Positions 53,716-64,000 of a stretch of 64,000 nucleotides of DNA are shown piece after piece; positions within the stretch are counted from its first letter, which is position 1, and every line of letters starts with the position of its first letter. This DNA comes from Daphnia carinata. Its lineage: Eukaryota. The stretch is from assembly GCF_022539665.2 (NCBI RefSeq), contig NC_081331.1, positions 6,138,001 to 6,202,000 on the forward strand. The letters are read 5' to 3'. A program made the position numbers and the translations under genes. The notes below the pieces were generated by a model. That model had not been told where the DNA came from. It worked only from the letters and a program-made list of their open reading frames with translations, and ran no database searches.

Positions 53716-55447
53716 TGAATGCTTAAAGATTAAAGATAAACCATTAGAAACAATGCTTACCATCAAAGGTGGCATAAACAATAAAGGTGAATTGAGCAAG
53801 CCAAATAAACAGAAATTGGTTAATGTATTGAATGAAAATAGCGACCAAAGACAATGAAAGAAACGAATTTTGCAAAAAATATTTTATTAAAAAAATTTTA
53901 TTGACAATTCTCTGCACATTACAATTATTTTTGCAACTTTAAAAAGGCACAATAGCCCTTTCAAAAGTTGCCGTCAACCCAGGCAGGGGGAGACACTGCC
54001 TTGTTGACCCACCGGGGAGATTACCCGGTGATTGGCTAAGAGAAGCCGGAAGAAGAGCTGAAGATTTGGAACATTTTTACAGGAGCGATTAACCTTTAGT
54101 TCGGATTTGTGGGCAGCCACGTCACCCTCCGTGAACACATCATCGGACGAAGCGGCACCCCACGTCCCCTTTCCGGCCAGAGCCCTCCAAACCTCGGTAT
54201 ATGTTATTTTTATATATACCGTACAGTAGGGGCATGACCCCCTACGGGCTTATTACGAGTCAAGGGGAAACGGGGCTACGGAAAGGAAGGGAGCCCAGAT
54301 ATGCACTTCAATTTTTAAATAATTAATACCGTAATACGCGGGAATACACAGGCGACTGATGGAGGGAAATTCAATTCCGTACTTTAAATTATTATAACTT
54401 TTCGTCATAACATCCCAACCAGAAACCTTCGCAGGTTCACTATTGCTATTAATCTAAATTAAGAAAATAAAACATAGATAAGCATAAGACGTTCTTATTG
54501 ATATCGCTTACATGGTACATAAATTCATCATCTGCCATATTCCTGTAGATTCCTGGCAGGAGCTTCTAAAAGGCTACGCAGTTGCAAATGATCATCATAG
54601 CCCAAACTTGAATACGAAAGTTTGAAAGAACCCTTCGTATTGGACACAGAGATCTTCCATGGGCTTTCCGGTTGGACGTTCCATGCACCATAAAAAACAG
54701 ATAGGTTACAAAGTTCGTTGTTTTGATCACTAAACGTTAAGGTAAACAATGTACCTGGGCTCGGCAGTCTTGACAACAATTTCCATTACAACATCATATC
54801 ACCTGGTTTTATGGAAAAAGAATTTCGTAGGCTACTGTTCAAAATAGAAATGGTTGCACTCAAATCTATTGACAGAAGAGGATTAAGGATGTCGCCTTAG
54901 GGAGTGCAAACCGCGATTTTCGAAACTATTAAATGCTTGTTAGCCATTGAAAGATTGCTAGCTGACGCAGACAATCGTTTGGGACATGATTAATGAGCTG
55001 TTTCGTGGATAAAGCTCGTTTTTTTTAGTCCTCTCCAGGATGACATGAATTCCAGCATGTTCTACACATGTATCAGCACTTCGCGATACACCAATTAAAA
55101 CAATTTAAAAATTTAAAATAGTACAACCTTTCAATGTTTTTGACTCCATGATTCATCTTCGTTGCAATTGTGAAGGCAAGACAACTGACCTATGGTGATT
55201 TATTTATATCACTTGCCATAATGTTTTCCCAATGTATCAGCTTTTCTACCAACAGTAGTTTACTAATACAACATTGACGATTAAAATTAGAAAACTAAAC
55301 AAACTCAGCAGAAAAGCATTACCAGGGAGTAACATCTTGCATGTTGACGAAGAATCCTCGGTTTATCATGTACATGGCAGAATATCCACATTGCCTGGAT
55401 GGCGCAATCCTTTGCGTTATCACACAAATAGTAACTAAAATATATTG

Positions 55448-56213
55448 AATTGAAACAAAATTTAAATGAAGTTTTACCCAACAGCCGGCTGCACCTCTGA
55501 ATTCCAAAACTATGTCTAAAAATTCATATCAAGCTTTTCCAGCATGTCTCACCTTTGGCATTTGTTTAAATCATTCCTTCAAAAATTTTTAATAAATGTA
55601 AATAAAGTAAACAATTGATATTTATGTGACGTCGGAGTACCATTTGGCTGTCAAGCATTCCATACAAGATAGGCATTTTGAAGAATCAGTGGCAGGAATC
55701 AAGTGCTACAATTGGAATATGGGCTAGGTGTTATAGTCGCTGAGGGCTCTCAATCCCTAAACTGAACCTTGCTCACTGATGTGACAATCTATAAAAGGAT
55801 TTAAATCTTAATTAATGAAACATGCAGGATACTGTATAAAATTATAGTAAAGATGGTAACAAATGCTGAGTTACTAGAAATTTTGCCTGGGAAATCTCCA
55901 ACTAACCATATGAAACATAAGTCAGCTGTACTGCATTTGCAAATCCAGTGTTCAAGTAACCATATTATCCAATCCATGTCTGAAGGAATGAATGAGAAAA
56001 TTAAATAGGAATCTGGCCGCTAGATGACCATAGCTGTAAAAAAGAAAAAAAGGCCAAAATTTTTTTTTTTTTTGGGTAAAACGGATTGCCATAATTGAAA
56101 CCAAATTTAACTGAAGTTTTACCAAACAGCCGGCTAGCACCTCGGAATTCCAAAACTACGCTTACACATTCGTATCAAGCTTTTCCAGCATGTGTCACCT
56201 TTGGCATTTGTTT
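55448..56213 (+). repeat. Dispersed ~120-bp direct repeat (55448-55567 and 56093-56213)
   Basis: aattgaaac..aaattta..tgaagttttacc..aacagccggct..gcacctc..gaattccaaaacta...tatcaagcttttccagcatgt.tcacctttggcatttgttt is present in both copies. Confidence 0.85.
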
Positions 56214-56278
56214 CGGTTGCTGTCACCATCATCCGACCGTTAGATGGCGATAGCAGGGAAACAGAAAAAAAGGCCGAT

Positions 56279-56318
<40 letters not shown>

Positions 56319-56372
56319 TAAAACGGACTGCCATACTTTTTTCTGTTTTACTGCTATCGCCATCTAACGGTC
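56017..56372. mobile_element. Cluster of three partial copies of the 51.3-kb MITE family
   Basis: Copies at 56017-56093 and 56237-56335 (ccgttagatggcgatagcag...aaggccgatattttt..ggg..taaaacggactgccata) and an inverted part-copy at 56337-56372. Confidence 0.7.
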
Positions 56373-56459
56373 AGATTTCTAATTAATCCCCTACATACAG
56401 TACATTCGAACGAAAAGTCGGGCTCATTTAGTCGGGCTTAAAATTTTTTTTTAACAAAA

Positions 56460-56810
56460 ACTGACCCTCATCGGAATTAGTTGAATATCACAGAATATAC
56501 TCAAAATGGAATGCTGATTCCGGGAAAATTGCTTTTTTCATTAAGTTAATCGTTCTTGAAATACATGGAATATTTGATGCAATACTAGCGCGCCAGTACG
56601 CTACAGCGCTAGCACGATGCAGTAGAAATATTAAGAAAATAAAAAACGATTGCATGCACCATGTAGTGGCGTTACATCACAATATTCAATATGTTCAGAA
56701 AACTGCCGCTTTGACGAGTAAAACCGAATTTTACTGAAATCAGCGTTCAATTTTGAGTAACGTACAATTTATTATAGAATTCCGTGTGGTAGTAGAAGGG
56801 TCATCAGAAA
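56460..56810. mobile_element. Old, diverged inverted-repeat element (MITE-like)
   Basis: ctgaccct / agggtcatcag, cggaatt / aattccg, and ctcaaaatggaatgctgattcc / gaaatcagcgttcaattttgag; a related motif lies at ~51118-51137. Confidence 0.4.
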
Positions 56811-57204
56811 ACAGTATACTTTTAGTACAAAATTATTCAACTTATGGCTTGTCATAATTTGAATAGATTAGCATTTTTGAACGGATTCAGGTCGCATCCT
56901 AAACTAATGCAAGTTATCCTTCCGCATGAACGCCACGTAGGTTGCTTTTTACAACCACAATCCTTCATTACCTAATTTCCAGTTTCGCCTTTTCGGACTC
57001 ATTTCACCGCCTATGGCACGAAAATTTTTATTTTGAGAAACACTTGGCTACTGAGGGATTTGCGAACACCTTAAGCGGTTTAATATTTTACACACATAGT
57101 GCAACCGAACCAAAAAATTGATTTTCTGGCTTTGTATGATATTGTATTCCACCCACAGCGTGGGTTGTTATGAAAAAGAAGATGGATCAATACCAAAATT
57201 AAAT

Positions 57205-58312
57205 TCAGCCCATAAAATTGTACATTTGTCGGGGTGGAGGAGGTGGAGCCATGCCCATTACTCCCGGTGGAGGAGGTAAATTTGCTGGAGGTCGAGGAAT
57301 TCCAGGTGGAGGAGGTGGAGGGGCCATGGAGGGCTTACGGCCATCGAGTTTGAATGAAAACTGAAGGAAAAACTGTCTGGCATCCTTGTTCCAATGGGTC
57401 CAGAATTTACCTTCACTTTTGTCAACCTCTCTAGAGGGAATCTAAAAGAATGGAAAATAATTTTCATTTGAATTACGCCCTACATAACGAATACTTATAA
57501 TAACAAAAATTTACTTTAAAGGAGATTGTTTCATAGGGCTCAGCAGCGAACAACAGATATTGCCAACGACGGTCTGGTGGTTCAATACGCTGCTCATAAG
57601 CTGACATAAAACGGTGACGAGGTGCAACTCCTTCAGCAATTTCTGTTGGAAGAATTAGACCTCATTAGCTTTGGTGAAATATGCATCTTTTTGGAAAATG
57701 GAATTCCATTAAATATCACATGCACTTTACTAGATATTTGACAACACCAGTATGTAAATGGAAGTTACCTGGATAATCAACTTGGAAAAGCATGCTCTGA
57801 TGACCAGATGTTGGATCACGCTGTTTCGTCACTCTGTAACCTGGTCTACCAATTTTTACGAATTTCCGGATGTCTACACGAGCTTTCTCCAAAGAGGGCT
57901 ACACACAATAGAAAAAACTAGAGGTTGCTATTTAAAACAATCATAAAGTTTAAAAAAATACCTGAATAGGAGAATCTTTGGCATCTTTTGCAGCTCGTCT
58001 AGCCAAGTTACTCTGATGCTTCTTGCCTTGAGTGTGAGCTAAGTAACTTCCCTCATTGTTGTGAAGTGTCAGACAAAGCTTACATTCATAGGTACCTGTT
58101 TAAACAAAATCATCAATGTCAAAAATATACACCAAAATTTATAATTAGAAAAAAATACCCAAGTGGTTTTTCATAAAATATGGGTCTTTGTTGAGATCGA
58201 TGGTTTCGAGGGCCAATTGTCTCAGACGCTCACGTCGATCTCGATTTGATTCTGACCATGATGCTACACCTCCTCCTCCTGTTTTACCACCAACTCGATT
58301 TTGGAAATCCAT
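57205..58312 (-). CDS. SF3A2: Splicing factor 3A subunit 2 (SF3a66/SAP62); 5 exons: 58312-58159, 58095-57962, 57898-57769, 57642-57515, 57441-57205
   Basis: MDFQNRVGGKTGGGGVASWSESNRDRRERLRQLALETIDLNKDPYFMKNHLGTYECKLCLTLHNNEGSYLAHTQGKKHQ...KFVKIGRPGYRVTKQRD...RHRFMSAYEQRIEPPDRRWQYLLFAAEPYETISFK followed by a Pro-rich tail. The gene is not represented in the ORF track. Confidence 0.97.
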
Positions 58313-58746
58313 TATTCAAAAAGTTCGCAGGGAAACACGTTCTTTCAACGCAGATTCAACTATTATGCGGCTAATATTTCTTTTACGCGATAAGTATGAA
58401 AATGAAGAAGACGCAAGGGGAAAAAAAAACTTCGCAGACGCCGGCAAACGTGGTTGTTGCTAAATGGCAATACAAATAATATACATCCAGAGAAGAGGGG
58501 AGATGGGTAGCTCCGTACTAAAAATCTTGGGCAGACATTAGCGCCCTCCGACAGCTCAGAGAAACATTTTTGTACAATCCCCACCCCATTTTGTAATACT
58601 AGAAGTGTAGTTTGGGTGTCATTAGTCAACTTTTCATGGTGCTTCAATCAGTGATAATATTAAAATTAGTTAAATAAGTAAATCATCAATAACCTGAATA
58701 AATAAAATTTTAAAACGTACAATATGATCTTCTACTGCTTCTGCCA

Positions 58747-58763
58747 GACGCTAGATGGTGCTG
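58747..58763 (+). promoter_or_regulatory. CTCF-like motif between the mannanase 3' end and the SF3A2 promoter
   Basis: gacgctagatggtgctg resembles the arthropod CTCF consensus CCRCTAGRTGGCGC. Confidence 0.4.
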
Positions 58764-59015
58764 ATGTTCTTAAAATTTTTCTTCCTATGGTTTTCCCATT
58801 TCCCTTCAACTCACTCTCACAGCAGACATAGGGAAGAGAACTCCTATGAAGAATCCTACAAATCTTGTTTTAAATGCACCGTATTAAGCGCAAAAATAAA
58901 ACATCAAGACTTCCCCATATAATATGCATTTTGATACCGTCAAAACCCAACCACCAAGTGTTTACGCAATGCGCCATATGCACATGCGAAATGCACATTA
59001 AAAGAACAAAAGTTC

Positions 59016-60585
59016 TTAAATGACCGGAAAATTTACTAGTCCTGATGTCGTATTTTTTCCTTTCAGCTGCTGCATTCCCAAATCTAGTGTGGCTCTTGAA
59101 TCGGAACAATACCCGCCGGCATAATGCCAACTCCAGGCTCCCTATTTTGAACAAAAAAAAGTTAAGTGAATCTGTATCTGTAATAAGACATGAATTGTGA
59201 TTCATGTCTTATTACAGATACACAGATTCAATGCTACTGTGGAAAGCTTTACCTGATATCCGTTAGCGTAAGCATAATTGTACATTTGCTGAATGGTCAT
59301 GCCTCCAGAACACGACGAAGAAAATTCACCAATTACCAGTGGCTTAGTCAAACCGTAATTTGAAGCCAAGATCTATTAAGAAATCGCTTTATTACGTACA
59401 TTACCACACGTGAATTGAATTTAGGCTTTTCCAGACCTTGAATGGCGCAGATGCACCGAAAGTGGCATAAGTGTGAATTTGGTAAAAATCAAGTTTGCCT
59501 AACGATTTGCCCCCAGCTGCAAACAGGCAAGCATCCGAAAAGTAATTTCCTTGTGGTTTCAAACAAGTTACGATATGTACTGTCATAGATGAATAAATTT
59601 CCTTAACAAACTTGTATCGCTGAACGCGTCAGTTTGGCTGTATTGTGACCATGCACCAACGGTAACCAAAGCTCCTGGATCTGCTACCTTGATGGCAGCC
59701 GCTTGCCAGTTGATGAAAGCCTGGATCCTGCATTACATGACTTCCAAATTTAATATGTAAATTAGATTTTCAGTATCCTTAATTACTGTTTCATTGGGAT
59801 CCATTTTCCATCCCAACCAGCTCCTGAGTTTGCAATCGGTACAGTACTGAAACAGCTATTAGCGTCCGGCTTGTTGTTATATACCAGCCCTTCCGGCTCA
59901 TTCATGATTTCCCATGCGCCCAATGCTGGGTGTCCGGCAAGCGCTTTTACCATAGGCTGTATTAATTAGGAAGCATGTAAGTGTGTCGACGGAAAGATCA
60001 ATAATAAATTGCTATAACACTCACCGTCAAAGCCTTGTCAATGTAAGTTTGCAACTTGGAGTTATCCCAAAAGAGATTAACTGTGTTTTGATTCCTAAGC
60101 AGAGCACCATTCCACAAAACAAAGATGACTAAAATATTATTAGCTTTTGCGGTGTCTAGGAATAATTTCATATCCGGTATGAGCGTTCCAGTTCTGTCCG
60201 GTGCTGTGATGTAACCATTGGCATCGTAGGATGGTGTGTTATCGCCTTCCACATGAAGCCAAACACCTGTGATGAAACAATTACGAATCTTAAACAATTA
60301 TTAGTAAATTAACGTAATCTGCAATAACTTACGCACGCTGTTTCCTCCGTAGGTTGCAACTTCTTTCAACCATTGTTCAAAAGTGGTTTTAGAATTGGAT
60401 GCATACTGGCCGTTTCCGAAGTCGTAACCATAAGAGTTCCAGGCAAAATTTACTCCTGACAAGAAAACGGTTTTACCGTTAAATATGAGTTTGTTACCGC
60501 TCACCGACAGCCGACTCGCACAAGTTGATTCAAAAGTGAAAACAAAGCCAACGACTATTATGGAAAAAAGGAGATTTAGGCGCAT
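59016..60585 (-). CDS. Secreted endo-beta-1,4-mannanase (GH5, animal type, likely subfamily 10); 7 exons: 60585-60333, 60266-60025, 59956-59787, 59727-59612, 59549-59437, 59372-59253, 59141-59016
   Basis: Signal peptide; FLSGVNFAWNSYGYDFGNG; GGNSVRVWLHVEG; WEIMNEPEG (acid/base Glu); DFYQIHTY; KPLVIGEF (nucleophile Glu); GYQGAWSW. Confidence 0.93.
59167..59230. repeat. Near-perfect 64-nt hairpin in the last mannanase intron
   Basis: tgaatctgtatctgtaataagacatgaat-tgtg-attcatgtcttattacagatac(ac)agattca. Confidence 0.9.
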
Positions 60586-61874
60586 TTTGTGACTTGATTT
60601 AAGCGTGTTCTAAGGCAACTAAATTAAATCAGTTACTGTGACCATTTACCTATATGCGCTTATAAAGTATGGAGTAGGTGCCTTTTTGCTTGATGATTGA
60701 CGTCAGAGGGTACTGCAGGGCTATAGCCAAATAAACAGATGTCGATTGAATTTGGAGACCCATATGTGTCAGCAAAACATATGGATCCTGTTTAGAATTG
60801 TTCACGAAGCGTATAGTTGGCTAGTCAGGAAGTAACCGGTTGCCTGCGCACTCTCTGCTTGTACGAAATCCAACGTGAAGCCAAGGACTATTGCGAGGTG
60901 AATAGCACTTAGAATGCGACGCAGTTATTTCCCTCGCTGGCCAAAACCGGATATACATATGCTAGGTTGAAAGCAAAGTCGGGCAATAGCGAACAAAGTT
61001 GTGTCGTTGACGCGAAATCCAGCTGTCACATTTTCAATCGGCTTTGAACGACAGGTCTGTTCTGACTCAGGGTGTACGCTACATTACATTTATCTGCAAC
61101 CAAACCAGGTATAAAAAAAACCTATAACATTTTTCAAGCTTTTTTTATGATTAAAGTCGCCAGTGAACACGAAATACTAGATATGCAAATAATGGGTATT
61201 TCGTAGCAATGCATACGTGTCTGACCATATGACGGGGTAATAACATTTTATCATTATCGATTTTAAAGGACGTGGCTCCAACGCTCCGCGCTTTGGTCGT
61301 TAACCCTGTGATGATGGAGCCGGGCAAGAGAACAATAACAAGCTTTTAAAAGGTACGCATTCCTTCAAAAGCTAATTTGATACTATACAGCATGCTACCA
61401 CAAGCGCAACCAATTTCTCTCCCGGAAATGTTTTGCTTTTACGTCGTCCTTGTTTCACACTAGGCGAAACGGAAATGGACAGATTAAAGTGCATCGGTTT
61501 GTGTTTATTTACAGATACTGAAATATAGGAAAACCGCTATTGTGTACCCATAGATATGGCACTGATGATACAAATATTAACCGTGAATCTACCCTAACTA
61601 ATAAAACCTTGCCAATATAATATCTCGCCGACGGTCAAGTTTACCTCAAAATGCGTAGAAGGCGGTTGTCGATTCTCGTGCAGATAACGAACGCACTGTA
61701 CCTTAGGCTATATGTATTGCCTTGAATGCAAAGGGCGAACACAACGGTTGCCATATGCATGAATCTAACCGGTAGATGGGCTTTGCATTTAAAACGAGCG
61801 AAAAGAGCTCAATCTGCCAAAAGAAAGTCACTGCATTTTTCAAGAACGGACTCAGTCACGCTCATTCAATTGCA

Positions 61875-63405
61875 ATGGTCACATCGGTAAGTTTTACTTC
61901 CTATGGTCTTATACAATTTACATGTATATCGCATCTGCTGCCGCATGGAAAACAGAAACAATATTTGCTTTCTTTATTAGATTTGGAAATCTGCAGCGGT
62001 GCTGCTTGTCCTTGCGGTGTTTGCAGGAATAAATAACGCAGCTTTCTTGAAAGTTGTTAATATTTCTTGTAAATCCAATCAACCCAAAAATCAAACAACT
62101 GCTGTTAACGTTACCCGTACGAATGAGAACATAACACTATAAAAACACGACAGCAAAAACTAATCTTGATTTTCACTTTAAGGAATTGTCGGTGGAACAT
62201 GGGCTAAAAGAGGGGCTTACCCTTACCAGGTAAAAATTCAAAATCCTTTATTATCCAGAATACTTATTATGCACTATTCATTGCCATACAGGCAGCCATA
62301 TTTGTAAAGAACGAGTTCAGCTGCGGAGGTACACTGCTTGATGGTGGATTACATGTACTGACAGCTGCCCACTGCTTGTTACCGTAAGCACGTTATGAAA
62401 ACTGCCTTCTGACATTCTACGAAACTAAAATTTCGATTTCCCGTGAATTTATGGCCTTTCAAATTATATAGGCTAAAAAGGGAGGCCGGATTGTTGACAT
62501 TATATTTCCGAACTACTGTCTTGAAGCCGCTGGATGCAAATCACATTGTAAGGAAAGTGACTAAGTACGTGATTCACCCTGATTATAATGGGACTACGTT
62601 TGTAAGTGCTTAAACAAATTCGTTTACTGAAATCACTGCGATAATACGAGTTTTGCAGGAAAACGACCTTGGTGTTATCACTCTGTCCGAACCGGTCATG
62701 GAAATCCGACCAACACGACTTGAGGCTGTCGTGTCTGCAAACAAATCTTATGTAGGAAAAGAAGCTACTGTTATCGGATGGGGTCGAACACGACAGGTTT
62801 GTACGGTTCAAGCACCGCTTAGCTAACCCCCCCCCCCCCCCCCCCCTTAAACAATTGTATTCTTTTGTTTTACTGTTTACTATTTCGCCGATGACAGGTT
62901 TTGCATCCAGCAATATCTTCTGGGGCTGCTTCTAACAATTTACGACAGGTCAATGTCACTATCCTCGACGCAAACGATTGCTCCATCTTATATTACAATG
63001 ATTACGTTCTTACGGATGGGAAACGCCTATGTGCATCCACCTTATTTGGAAAGAGTATTTGCCAGGTAAACTTGATGGCGTTTCACACATTTTTCTGACA
63101 AAATTTGTTCATGATCAACTATATACGAAAAGGGTGACAGTGGCGGTCCATTATTGATTGATGGAGTTCAAGTGGGAATCAATAGCGCTGCAGCAGGATG
63201 TGCTGATCCGTAAATAGCTCTCTCTTGTTTTTGTTTTGAGAGGTGAAAGCAATTGCATTATGGATTTTTCTCTAACAGGCGATTCCCTGCACTTTTCATC
63301 CGCGTCGGTCCCTATGTTGACTGGATCAAAAGTACGATGGTCGCTAGCTCTCCCAACTCGCTTTTGCCAACAGGAGAGGTAATATTAGACTTAGATCGCA
63401 AATAA
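61875..63405 (+). CDS. Secreted S1 serine protease, chymotrypsin-like; 9 exons: 61875-61886, 61981-62116, 62183-62229, 62292-62383, 62472-62601, 62659-62796, 62898-63065, 63133-63209, 63279-63405
   Basis: Signal peptide IWKSAAVLLVLAVFAG, R|IVGG activation site, CGGTL..VLTAAHC, NDLGVI, GWG and KSICQGDSGGP (Ser at the S1-pocket 189 position). The exon 7 acceptor is slightly uncertain. Confidence 0.9.
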
Positions 63406-64000
63406 GTGAGGTAACCTGGACGTTGGCAAAATGCAATAGAACTGAGCAATGTTGATTTCTTATTACGGTTGGCCCCATCTATTTTGGGCATTCACTCCAA
63501 GTAAATTAATGGAATTCGTTAAAGAATAAACTGAATGTGAAAACTAAACTGTCACTGGCTTTTCAAAACAGACATTATCTGCTTGACGTTGGTCTGCTAT
63601 CGACAGTGGGGGTTCTATATGTAAGGTGGGCGATTTATATATTGCACTTTTATGCGTCAATAAAAACTATACGTAGGATGCAATGGCAAAACTGAAAGAA
63701 AAGTTCATTCGCTTACCATTTGCGTGATCTTGGAGACTGCTACAAGGGATAGAATTTCGAATGCGCGTCAACGAATTGAAAATTCTTACGTAACAACATG
63801 TCTGAGATACACTGTTTCTGAAACTCGGCTTTGGCATCGGTTACCTTGCTTTGAGTATATTCTTCTTTTATCTTACGCAATAGATATTTTGAAAAAGACA
63901 AACTTTATGTACTTTTTTTGTTTTTTGGTTCATTGGGATCTTGATCATTAATGAATCTATGAGATTTACTAACAAGGAGGCAACACGAAGTTACCAACAC

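Larger units (their letters stand above)
52582..54321. mobile_element. Long-TIR foldback/palindromic non-autonomous element containing tRNA-like units
   Basis: 52582-53053 is the reverse complement of 53849-54321; the only differences seen by eye are 1-nt homopolymer indels. There is no internal transposase ORF, and no TSD was identified. Confidence 0.85.

Noticed and set aside
54050..54100. Hammerhead ribozyme core (CTGAAGA) in the arm
   Set aside because: No stem II followed by GAAA at the required spacing
52560..54345. Pokey/piggyBac or MULE assignment for the palindrome
   Set aside because: No TTAA-CCC termini and no 9-bp TSD could be found
57643..57768. Intronic snoRNA in the longer SF3A2 intron
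   Set aside because: No convincing C/D or H/ACA boxes or terminal stem

Overview
Eukaryotic, intron-rich arthropod DNA. It is most likely a cladoceran such as Daphnia; this is inferred from gene content, many ~55-70 nt introns and long A/T homopolymers, and is not verified. Seven spliced protein-coding genes were reconstructed by hand with in-frame GT-AG junctions: a Stubble-type serine protease (-), a Dpr-family two-Ig adhesion protein (+), UCH-L3 (+), a KLF5/dar1-like transcription factor (-), SF3A2 (-), a GH5 endo-beta-1,4-mannanase (-) and a chymotrypsin-like protease (+). Two non-coding blocks (~25.0-26.8 kb and ~48.2-57.1 kb) are rich in repeats and transposon remnants. The most unusual feature is a ~1.75-kb palindromic element at 52.58-54.32 kb. 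It has ~470-bp almost identical arms packed with short stem-loops, more diverged inner arms, and a centre carrying outward-facing tRNA-like Pol III units. A similar layout (divergent tRNA-like heads, purine-rich linker, hairpin chain) recurs at 25.9-26.5 kb. Small inverted-repeat elements carrying a CTCF-like motif flank the palindrome.
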